Part shown: positions 56,452 through 64,000 of the stretch, piece after piece
Position numbering within the stretch: position 1 is the first letter of the stretch
How the letters are laid out: each line of letters begins with the position of its first letter
From: Polyangiaceae bacterium
Lineage (GTDB): Bacteria > Myxococcota_A > Polyangia > Polyangiales > Polyangiaceae
DNA: 64,000 bases
Reading direction: 5' to 3'
Assembly: GCA_025937835.1 (NCBI GenBank)
Contig: JAICQO010000013.1
Span: 25,931 to 89,930, forward strand
Notes under the pieces: generated by a model
The model's input: the letters and a program-made list of their open reading frames with translations, nothing else
What the model was told of the DNA's origin: nothing
Databases searched by the model: none
Made by a program: the position numbers and the translations under genes

Positions 56452-57792
56452 ATGGACAACAGAGGCTCTCGGATCCCCGGGTTTTACAAGCTGCCGCTTC
56501 GCGAGCGGCGCCGTGTCGTGTGCGACCGGGCCGGGGTTCACCCCGAGGTGTTGGAGCGCGCGGTCGCCGGCGGCGGCCTCGACGCGCTGATGGCCGACAA
56601 GGTGGTCGAGAACGTGCTCGGCACCTATGGCATGCCGTTCGGCATCGCGCTCAACGTGCGCATCAACGGCAAGGATCGGCTCGTGCCGATGGTCGTCGAA
56701 GAGCCGAGCGTGGTGGCCGCGGCCTCGAACGCGGCGCGCATGGTGCGCGCGGGCGGCGGCTTCACGGCGGAGGTGCCGGAGTCGCTGATGATTGGCCAGG
56801 TGCAGTTGACCGGCATTCGCTCCTCCGAACAAGCGACGGCCGAGCTCGAACGCCACAAGGGCGAGCTCCTCTCGCTGGCCGGGCGCGCCGTTCCGGGCCT
56901 GCTCGGGCGCGGAGGTGGTCCGCGCGATATCGAGGTGCGCGACCTCGGGCACGGCATGGTCGTCCTGCACGTGCTCGTCGATTGCAAGGACGCGATGGGC
57001 GCGAACCTGGTCAACGCGATCGCCGAAGCCGTGGGCCCCGTCGCCGCGCGGATCGCGCACGCCACGCTCGGGCTGCGCATCCTGTCGAACCTCTGCGATC
57101 GCCGGCGCGTGCACGTGAGCTGCCGCGTCCACGCTCGCGATCTCGCCTTCGGGCGCGCTCCGTCCCAGCCCGGTGGCTCCGTCGAAGCGCTCGAGCCGCA
57201 CGAAATCGCCGACGGCATCGTGGCCGCGTCGCGCTTCGCCGAGCTCGACCCGTACCGCGCCGCCACCCACAACAAGGGCATCATGAACGGCGTGGACGCC
57301 GTGGTGATCGCGACCGGAAACGATTTTCGCGCCGTCGAAGCCGGTGCCCACGCCTACGCGGCGCGCACCGGCGAATACCGGCCGCTCGCCGTCTGGCGCC
57401 GCGACGGCGAAGATCTGGTGGGTGAGCTCACGATGCCGCTGTCGCTCGGCACGGTCGGCGGCACGCTGCGCGTGCACCCGGTCGCGCAGCTCGCGCTGAC
57501 GATCCTCGGCACCAACAACGCCGACGAGCTTTCGATGACCGCCGCTTCGCTGGGCCTGGCTTCGAACCTCGCGGCGCTACGCGCGCTCGCGACCGAGGGC
57601 ATTCAACGCGGTCACATGTCGCTCCACGCACGCTCGGTGGCGGTCGCCGCCGGCGCCGTCGGCGACGAGGTCGAGTCGGTGGCTGCCACGATCGCCGCTC
57701 GCGGCTCGATCCTGGTGGCCGAGGCAGCGCGGGTGCTGCTCGAGCTCCGAACGGCCGCTCACGAGCCGAGCCCGGGCCAGCCGTCCACGTAG
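56452..57792 (+). CDS. mvaA: Class II HMG-CoA reductase
   Basis: ENV.G, EEPSVVAA, DAMGAN, THNKGIMNG, EGIQRGHMSLHAR. Confidence 0.94.
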   Translation: MDNRGSRIPGFYKLPLRERRRVVCDRAGVHPEVLERAVAGGGLDALMADKVVENVLGTYGMPFGIALNVRINGKDRLVPMVVEEPSVVAAASNAARMVRAGGGFTAEVPESLMIGQVQLTGIRSSEQATAELERHKGELLSLAGRAVPGLLGRGGGPRDIEVRDLGHGMVVLHVLVDCKDAMGANLVNAIAEAVGPVAARIAHATLGLRILSNLCDRRRVHVSCRVHARDLAFGRAPSQPGGSVEALEPHEIADGIVAASRFAELDPYRAATHNKGIMNGVDAVVIATGNDFRAVEAGAHAYAARTGEYRPLAVWRRDGEDLVGELTMPLSLGTVGGTLRVHPVAQLALTILGTNNADELSMTAASLGLASNLAALRALATEGIQRGHMSLHARSVAVAAGAVGDEVESVAATIAARGSILVAEAARVLLELRTAAHEPSPGQPST

Positions 57793-58802
57793 CGCGACGG
57801 CTCTCCAGGCAAGCTGGCATCGACCCAGGCGACGTGTCCGCTGCCGTACGGCCGCACGTCGAGGTGAATGAAGCGCGACTCGGGGTAGTAGCCGCAGCCC
57901 GTGTCGTGGAGCTTCCTGCAAACGGCGAACAGCGCCTGTTTGTCCACGCCCGGCACCGAAATGTCGAGCGCCTGTCCCAGCCGGTGACGACCGCCGTGAT
58001 CGGTGCGGCGGTAGCCGCTCACGATCTCGATCGGCTGTCCCGGAAAGCTCTCGGCGATCTTCGAGACCACCCAGAGCAGGCGCGGATCGAGCAGCCGCAC
58101 CTCCGAGATCCACTCGCCGTGGGACACCTCGGGCTCGAGCGGTAGCGGCAGCGCGGGCCTCGGCACGCCCACCGGGCGAGCCAACACGCTCAAGCGATCG
58201 AGCGCATCGGCCGAGACAGCGCCGTCGCAGTCGAGCACGGCGAAGCGATCGCTTTCGCCCGCCGTACGGAAGAAGCGCACCGGCTTCGGTGCCTTGGCCG
58301 GGTTGCAGTAGCGAGCGCGCACGACCGGCACGGCCTCCGGCTCCGGCACGTTCAGGAGCCCCGCGAGCGAGAGCGAGGCCGGGACCGGGCGCGGCACGTC
58401 GAGCGGGCGGAGCTCGAGTGAAAACGCCCACGCGTGCGGCAGCGCCGGCTCCGACGCGTTGGGCTCGCTCGGCTCACAAGCGGCGAGCGACCAATTGAGC
58501 TCCGGCACCCAGCGCTGTCGAGCCGGACCGTAGGCTCCGCGGTACAGCGCCCGCCACTCCGGGGTGTGATTCCGGTGCGGCTCCACGTAACGCTCGAGCC
58601 ACTCGAGCCAGGGCTCCGCCGACAACCGAAACGCTCGCCCGCCGAGCGCGCCTGCGCCCAGCCAGCTCGTCTCCGAGAGGGGGAGCTCGAGGCTCAGAGC
58701 TTCGTTGCGCGCCGGGGCGGCGTCGCTCGCGCCCGCTATCGAGAGCACGAGCAACGCCGAGAGCCCGGCGAGCCACGGTCGCGGTCGAACGAACGGGATC
58801 AG
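57759..58802 (-). CDS. Secreted DUF882/peptidase M15A-like Zn peptidase
   Basis: SGYR...RHRLGQALDI and IHLDVR Zn motifs; N-terminal signal; no clear ATG, start near the tetR stop is uncertain. Confidence 0.7.
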   Translation of the reverse strand: MIPFVRPRPWLAGLSALLVLSIAGASDAAPARNEALSLELPLSETSWLGAGALGGRAFRLSAEPWLEWLERYVEPHRNHTPEWRALYRGAYGPARQRWVPELNWSLAACEPSEPNASEPALPHAWAFSLELRPLDVPRPVPASLSLAGLLNVPEPEAVPVVRARYCNPAKAPKPVRFFRTAGESDRFAVLDCDGAVSADALDRLSVLARPVGVPRPALPLPLEPEVSHGEWISEVRLLDPRLLWVVSKIAESFPGQPIEIVSGYRRTDHGGRHRLGQALDISVPGVDKQALFAVCRKLHDTGCGYYPESRFIHLDVRPYGSGHVAWVDASLPGEPSRYVDGWPGLGS

Positions 58803-59440
58803 GAGCTGCTGCCGACGCGAAGCAATTCGAGGAAGGTCTCGTAGCCCTCGCGCACCTTGGCGTCTTCGCCCTCGAGGTACTCGGTGACGCTGAGGCCGTT
58901 CAACACCGCCAGAATCAGGGCCGCCAGGGCCTCCGCGCGGTTCGGATCCTTGTGGGCGAGCGGGGCGATCGCATCGCGGATCACCTGACGCGCGTCGCGC
59001 TGCAGGCCCGATGCGCGGCGCTTCAGCTCCGGGTCCCGGCGTGCCGCGCTCCAGACCTCGATGTTCAGTCCGGTTCCGGTCTTGTTGTTCTGGATCGCTT
59101 CCCACAACGCACGCAGCGCGTCGGTGGCCTGCTGCTGAGTGCCGTCGCCGTTGCGGGTCGCTTCCTTCAGCTTGTCGAGGTAGCGGTGGTACGTGAAGCT
59201 CTGAACTTCGTGGATCAACGCTGCTTTGCTGGCGAAGTAGTAGTGCACGATGCTCTTGCGGAGCCCGAGCTCTTTGCCGATCTCAGCGAGCGTGGTGGCG
59301 GTGAAGCCCTTGCGTGCGAAGCACTTGGCGGCGGCCGAGAGGATCGAAGCCACTCGCGGGTTGTCCCAGTCAGCGCTGCGCGCCGAGCCGTTCTCTTCGT
59401 TCGGTTTACGTGGCGTTGCGACAGTTTCGGTGTTCATCAT
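58799..59440 (-). CDS. TetR/AcrR family regulator
   Basis: ILSAAAKCFARKGFTATTLAEIGKELGLRKSIVHYYFASK. Confidence 0.92.
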   Translation of the reverse strand: MMNTETVATPRKPNEENGSARSADWDNPRVASILSAAAKCFARKGFTATTLAEIGKELGLRKSIVHYYFASKAALIHEVQSFTYHRYLDKLKEATRNGDGTQQQATDALRALWEAIQNNKTGTGLNIEVWSAARRDPELKRRASGLQRDARQVIRDAIAPLAHKDPNRAEALAALILAVLNGLSVTEYLEGEDAKVREGYETFLELLRVGSSS

Positions 59441-59564
59441 GATTCGTTCGTGGACCGGCCAGCCGGTGTAGCTCCCGGGACATGGTGAGCTCAGAGCCGC
59501 CGACCTCTCCCAGGCCGCGGTCTTCGCCTAGGTCGTCCTTCGAGTCAAGCCCTGGAGTGGCGCT

Positions 59565-61175
59565 TCAGCGCGACCCCGGCTTTTTTTCTTTTTGTTTCGA
59601 GGGTTTGTCGCGATTCCCGCCGGCCGTTTCTTCGCGGATTTTGTAGTACGGCATGCCCGCTGCCTCGGTCCAGCCGGCCGTCCCGAATCGACCTGGCTCG
59701 CGGCTTTCGAACTCGCCATCGCGCCCCGCGTCATCGCCTTCGGGACCCTGGGTGACGATCAGAAGCTCGTCGGCAAGGTATTCCGGGTGGCGATCGTCTT
59801 TTGGTGCGGGCTCGTCTCCCGATGTGTCCTTTGAACCCACACGGACGATCTGCGTCGTCGGCGGATACACGTCGTCCCAGCGCTCACGCACCGCGTGATC
59901 GCCTTCGCGCACGATCCGGTAGCGCCTCAACTTGAAGCCGGGCACGCCGCGCTGCCCGAGCACGCGCACGCCGTGGGCGATCTGCGGATCGGGCCGCTCG
60001 ATCTCTTCGTACGGCATGGCCTCGAGGATGCGCCGGATCAAGGTCACCGTGTGCGTGCGCTTGGGCCCGAGCACCTCGGCGCGCACGACGCCGTTCTTCA
60101 CCGTTTGATGCAGCACCACCGGCACCTTGAACGGGTTCCGCACGCGGAAATTGATGGTCGGGTAAACGACCGTCGCGTCCATGCCGAGCTTGATGTAGCC
60201 GCTCGGCCGGGTGTGCGGGTAACGCTCGACGATCTCGAGCCCTGCGAAAAATGCCGCGCCGTGCAGCGTGCCCGAGATCTGGCAGGTGCCGCCGCCGATG
60301 CCGTCCACGAGCTCGCCCTGGGCGATGACGAGCGCCACCTTGTAGCCGCTGGCCTCGTCGCGCGGGCCGACGACTTCGTTGAAGTCGAAGACCTCTCCGG
60401 GCAAGAGCACGTAGCCGTCGAGCTTGGAGGCCGCGAGCCGCAAGTTGTAGGTGCGCGCCTCGTACTTCTCGTTCCGGTCGTAGCGGGTCTCGAAGGAGCC
60501 GAGCACGTCGCCGAACTCGACCGCACCGAGCTCCTTGGCGAGCCGCCGCGGCGGGCGCTCGAAGAACACCAGCTTGGCGCTCTTTTCTCCGTGCTCGAGC
60601 GCGGTCTGAATCGCGAGCAGCGATGCGTCGATGTCGAGCTGCCGTCCGACCGTTTCCTTCACCACCGTGCGCTTCTCGAGATCGAGCCGCGCGTCGACCG
60701 GCAGCCGATCCAGCTCGTCTTTCAGAGCGCGCAGCTTCTTCAGCGCGATCTGCGGCTGCACCGAGACCGGAACCGGCAGCGTCAGCGGTCGCCGCTCGGC
60801 GCCTGCGAGAAAGCCGCGCAGGAGGGGGCTCGTCGGATCGCGCGCCGCGCGCGTGAGCGAGGCGAGGTGCACCTTGTCGAGCTCCGCCCCGAGCTCGCCC
60901 AGATACAGGTCGCGCCGCGAGCCGTCCGGCAGCTCGAGCGCGAAGCGCGCCGCCAGGTAGCTGCGCACGCGCGCGAGCGCGGTCTGATTCGCCGCGTCGT
61001 TCGGCGCGAGCTCGCGGCCGAGCAGCAGCGTCTTCGGCAGCGGGGTGCCGCCGTCGTCCGGTGTCGCTCCGAAGGGCAACAACAGCACCCCGAGCGAGAG
61101 CCCGAACAGGATCGCGACGCCCACCGACAGCGCGGTCCGGCGCCTTTGGGCCGCAGCTTTCTGCTCGAGAGGCAT
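59565..61175 (-). CDS. VanW-family protein (TM, PG-binding-like, VanW, G5-like)
   Basis: RTYNLRLAA...FDFNEVVGPR, GIGGGTCQISGTL, ERYPHT, DATVVYP. Confidence 0.85.
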   Translation of the reverse strand: MPLEQKAAAQRRRTALSVGVAILFGLSLGVLLLPFGATPDDGGTPLPKTLLLGRELAPNDAANQTALARVRSYLAARFALELPDGSRRDLYLGELGAELDKVHLASLTRAARDPTSPLLRGFLAGAERRPLTLPVPVSVQPQIALKKLRALKDELDRLPVDARLDLEKRTVVKETVGRQLDIDASLLAIQTALEHGEKSAKLVFFERPPRRLAKELGAVEFGDVLGSFETRYDRNEKYEARTYNLRLAASKLDGYVLLPGEVFDFNEVVGPRDEASGYKVALVIAQGELVDGIGGGTCQISGTLHGAAFFAGLEIVERYPHTRPSGYIKLGMDATVVYPTINFRVRNPFKVPVVLHQTVKNGVVRAEVLGPKRTHTVTLIRRILEAMPYEEIERPDPQIAHGVRVLGQRGVPGFKLRRYRIVREGDHAVRERWDDVYPPTTQIVRVGSKDTSGDEPAPKDDRHPEYLADELLIVTQGPEGDDAGRDGEFESREPGRFGTAGWTEAAGMPYYKIREETAGGNRDKPSKQKEKKPGSR

Positions 61176-61246
61176 GCGCGAATACTTTTCGAAAGGCGGG
61201 CCTTGTCAAGAACCGCGCCCGGCCGAAAAGTACGGACGGTTTCCGA

Positions 61247-63292
61247 GTGGTTGACCAGGAAGGCACCGAAGAGCTCGAAGCCCGGCTCAAAGCGCTGCCC
61301 GCCGAGCCGGGCTGCTACCTGTTGCGCGACAAACAGGGCGAGCTGCTCTACGTCGGCAAGGCCAAGAGCCTGCGGGCGCGCGTGCGCAGCTATTTTCAAG
61401 ACGGCAGCAGCGACACGCGCGCGTTCATCCCGTTCATGCTGCGCGAGGTCAAGAAGCTCGAGACGATCGTCACGGCCACCGAGAAAGAAGCCGCGATCCT
61501 CGAGAACAACCTGATCAAGGAGCAGCGGCCCCGCTACAACGTCAAGCTCCGCGACGACAAGGAGTACCTGAGCCTGCGGCTCGGCTCCGAGCACCCCTGG
61601 CCGCGGCCCGAGCTCGTGCGCCGGCCCACGCCCGACGGCGCGCGCTACTTCGGGCCCTATCACTCCGCGACGGCCGCGCGGCGCACGCTGCACCTGGTCG
61701 AGAAGCATTTCAAGCTCCGGAGCTGCACCGATCGCGAGCTCGAAGGCCGAAAGCGCCCCTGCCTCGAGTACCAGATCAAGCGTTGCCCGGCGCCGTGCGT
61801 GTACGAGGTCGATCGCGAAGCGTACGCCGCGCAGGTGCGCGCCGTCAGCCTGTTCTTGAGCGGTCGCCACGACCAACTGTCGAGGGAGCTCCGGCAGCGC
61901 ATGGAAGAGGCGAGCTCGCGCCTCGAGTTCGAGCTCGCGGCGAGCTACCGCGATCAGCTGTCCGCGGTCGAGAGCGTGCGCCAGGCGCAGCGCGTGGTGG
62001 CCGTGTCCGACATCGATCAAGACGTGGTCGGCGTTTACCGCGAGGGCGATCTGGTCGAGATCGCGCTGATGATCGTGCGCGCCGGCCGCGTGATCGACGT
62101 CGGCTGTTTCTCGAATCGCCGCGTCGAGGTGCCCGACGACGAGGTCGTCGCCAACTTCATCCGCGAGCATTACGGCGAAGGCGGCGGCGGGGAAGGGGTG
62201 ATCCCGGACGAAATCCTGGTTCCGGCGCTGCCCGAGGGCGCCGAGGGCGTCGTCGAGTGGCTGAGTGAAAAGCGCCAGGCGGCCGCGGTGCTGCGCGGCG
62301 AACGCGCCTCGCGGATCGAGCTTATCTATCCGCAGCGCGGGTCCAAGCGCGGTCTGCTCGACCTCGCGCAGCAGAACGCCGAGCACGCTTTCAAGGAAAA
62401 GCGCCGCACCGAAGACGACATCGACGAGCGGCTCACGCGCGTGCAGGAGAAGCTGCGCTTGCCGACCCTGCCGCGCCGCATCGAGTGCGTCGACATCTCG
62501 CACCTGGGCGGCAACGACACCGTGGGCGGCGTCGTCGCGCTCGAGAACGGCGTCCCCGACAAGAAGCGCTACCGCACGTACAAGGTCCGCGCGGGCGGCC
62601 AGGGCGACGACTACGGAGCGATCTACGAGGTCCTATCGCGCCGCTTCCGGCGCGGCCGCGGCGTCGAGACCACCGATCCCGAAACCGGCGAGGTCGAGAT
62701 CCAGTCGCCGGAGCTCGCCTGGGAGCTGCCGGATCTGGTGGTGGTCGACGGCGGCCGCGGCCAGCTCGCCGTGGCGCTCGCCGCCGCGCACGACCTCGGC
62801 CTGCACGACCTGCCGATCGTCGGCCTCGCCAAGGAGAAGGAGAACGTGCTCGGCGAAAAGCTGGTCGATCGCGTCTACCTGCCGGGCCAGAAGAACCCGA
62901 TCCCGCTCCGTCCGAACACGCCCGAGTTGTTCCTGCTCGCCCGCGCGCGCGACGAGGCCCACCGCTTCTCGAACCGCGGCCGCAAGATCGCCGGCAAGCG
63001 CCGGAGCTTCGCCTCGGAGCTCCAGTCCATCTCCGGCATCGGCCCGAAAATCCACGCTGCGCTGCTCAAGAAGTTCGAGTCCGTCGCCGCGATCTTCGCC
63101 GCCAGCGACGAAGAGCTGCTCGCCACCCAGAGCGTCACCAAGCGACACGTCGCGGCGCTGCGCAAGGCTCAGACCAGAGCCGTGGAAACCTCCGAGCCCG
63201 CCACCCCCCCGCCGCCGGAAGCCGACGTGGAGACCCCGGCGACCGCGCCCGCTCCGGACCCCGCGTTCACGGCCACCGTGCTGGAAGATTGA
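61247..63292 (+). CDS. uvrC: Excinuclease ABC subunit C
   Basis: GIY-YIG LPAEPGCYL...YVGKAKSLRARVRSYF, LENNLIK..PRYN, four-Cys cluster, ECVDISH, VVDGGRGQL, RDEAHRF, HhH GIGPK; GTG 61247 inferred. Confidence 0.96.
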   Translation: MVDQEGTEELEARLKALPAEPGCYLLRDKQGELLYVGKAKSLRARVRSYFQDGSSDTRAFIPFMLREVKKLETIVTATEKEAAILENNLIKEQRPRYNVKLRDDKEYLSLRLGSEHPWPRPELVRRPTPDGARYFGPYHSATAARRTLHLVEKHFKLRSCTDRELEGRKRPCLEYQIKRCPAPCVYEVDREAYAAQVRAVSLFLSGRHDQLSRELRQRMEEASSRLEFELAASYRDQLSAVESVRQAQRVVAVSDIDQDVVGVYREGDLVEIALMIVRAGRVIDVGCFSNRRVEVPDDEVVANFIREHYGEGGGGEGVIPDEILVPALPEGAEGVVEWLSEKRQAAAVLRGERASRIELIYPQRGSKRGLLDLAQQNAEHAFKEKRRTEDDIDERLTRVQEKLRLPTLPRRIECVDISHLGGNDTVGGVVALENGVPDKKRYRTYKVRAGGQGDDYGAIYEVLSRRFRRGRGVETTDPETGEVEIQSPELAWELPDLVVVDGGRGQLAVALAAAHDLGLHDLPIVGLAKEKENVLGEKLVDRVYLPGQKNPIPLRPNTPELFLLARARDEAHRFSNRGRKIAGKRRSFASELQSISGIGPKIHAALLKKFESVAAIFAASDEELLATQSVTKRHVAALRKAQTRAVETSEPATPPPPEADVETPATAPAPDPAFTATVLED

Positions 63293-63316
63293 CCCGCGAG
63301 AGCTCGCGCACGGCCC

Positions 63317-64000
63317 TCAGCTCATGTGACGCATCGAGGCGGGGCCGCGGTTGTTGTCGGTGATCGCGGCCAGCGTGGGCGCCAAGAGCTCGCGCAGGTG
63401 ATGTCCAGGGGCGAGGCCGTTCATGTAACGGGCGACGTCGGCGATGCTGACGATTCCGACGAGCTTTCCCAGGGAATCGACGACCGGCAGCCGGCGGAGC
63501 TGGTGGCTGGCCATGATTTCGAGGACGCGCTGGATCGAGTCGTCGGGCGCGCAGGTGCAGCATGCGCGCGACATGGCGCTCGCGACGCTGCACTCGCCCG
63601 GCGGGCGGGCTTGGGTGAAGGTCGCCATGCAGATGTCGCGATCGGTGAGCATGGCGAGGACGGCGCCGCGGTCGTCGAGCACCGGCAGCGCGCCGCAATC
63701 GTGGTCCCACATCAGGCGCGCGGCTTGCTCGAGCGTGTCGTTCGGAGAGCAGACCGAGACGTCGGTGCGCATCACCGCGCTCGCCGGGTAGCACGAGTGG
63801 CGCTCCATCAAGCGCTCCACCTCGCGCGTGAGCTCGCGGATGCGCGCCAGCGCGACGTCTTCGGCGGTCTCTTCCGACATGCGCCCATCGAGATCGTCGA
63901 GGCGGTCCTCGATCGAGTGATCGAGCTCGAGCCAGGAGTGCATGGTCTCGAGTGAGAATTCGAGCTGGTGCTCGCGGGCAATGGCGCGCACCGACTCGAG
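63317..64000 (-). CDS. CBS-pair protein with helical N-terminal region (5' end beyond the right edge)
   Basis: MWDHDCGALPV...LTDRDI and LRRLPVVD...GIVSIADV; frame open to position 64000. Confidence 0.8.
   Translation of the reverse strand, partial: LESVRAIAREHQLEFSLETMHSWLELDHSIEDRLDDLDGRMSEETAEDVALARIRELTREVERLMERHSCYPASAVMRTDVSVCSPNDTLEQAARLMWDHDCGALPVLDDRGAVLAMLTDRDICMATFTQARPPGECSVASAMSRACCTCAPDDSIQRVLEIMASHQLRRLPVVDSLGKLVGIVSIADVARYMNGLAPGHHLRELLAPTLAAITDNNRGPASMRHMS

Noticed and set aside
61176-61246. SOS box upstream of uvrC
   Set aside because: No CTGAAC or GTTCAG half-sites present

Overview
High-GC (about 70% by eye) chromosomal segment that looks myxobacterial (Polyangiales-like). 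The basis for this is a MYXO-CTERM-like protein, Cys-rich repeat proteins, many Pro/Ala-rich lipoproteins, a Ser/Thr kinase, a mevalonate pathway and a Myxococcus-type LexA box. Most genes are core or housekeeping: the 5' end of lexA, exbB-exbD-tonB, a cN-II-type 5'-nucleotidase, a dipeptide epimerase divergent from a class I GATase, ychF, a partial complex I operon (nuoEF-JKLMN), hisC, holB, thiE, yeaH-spoVR, hemB, glnE, corA, trpF-(lipoprotein)-trpB-trpA, a mevalonate cluster (fni divergent from prenyl synthase-mvk-mvaD-PMK-mvaA), VanW-TetR-M15 peptidase, uvrC, and a CBS protein cut by the right edge. I found no rRNA, tRNA, CRISPR array, IS or prophage. The most notable unexplained elements are: (i) an AT-rich 44.5-45.3 kb locus where tandem Fur-type 7-1-7 palindromes lie between two divergent small Cys-motif proteins, one a Com-like zinc ribbon, with extra orphan boxes downstream; (ii) a lower-GC two-gene islet at 29.66-30.67 kb encoding a 2TM+GAF-like protein and a small membrane protein; (iii) complex I subunits with extra domains (NuoL with a PKD-like C-terminal extension, NuoM with extra N-terminal helices); (iv) a kinase-PilZ fusion with intact c-di-GMP motifs; (v) a surface module of a DUF4114-like/MYXO-CTERM protein and an expansin lipoprotein with a perfect palindrome between them; (vi) a clear LexA box inside the lexA promoter and repeated signs of leaderless mRNAs. 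All family assignments come from motif recognition by eye; no database searches were run.
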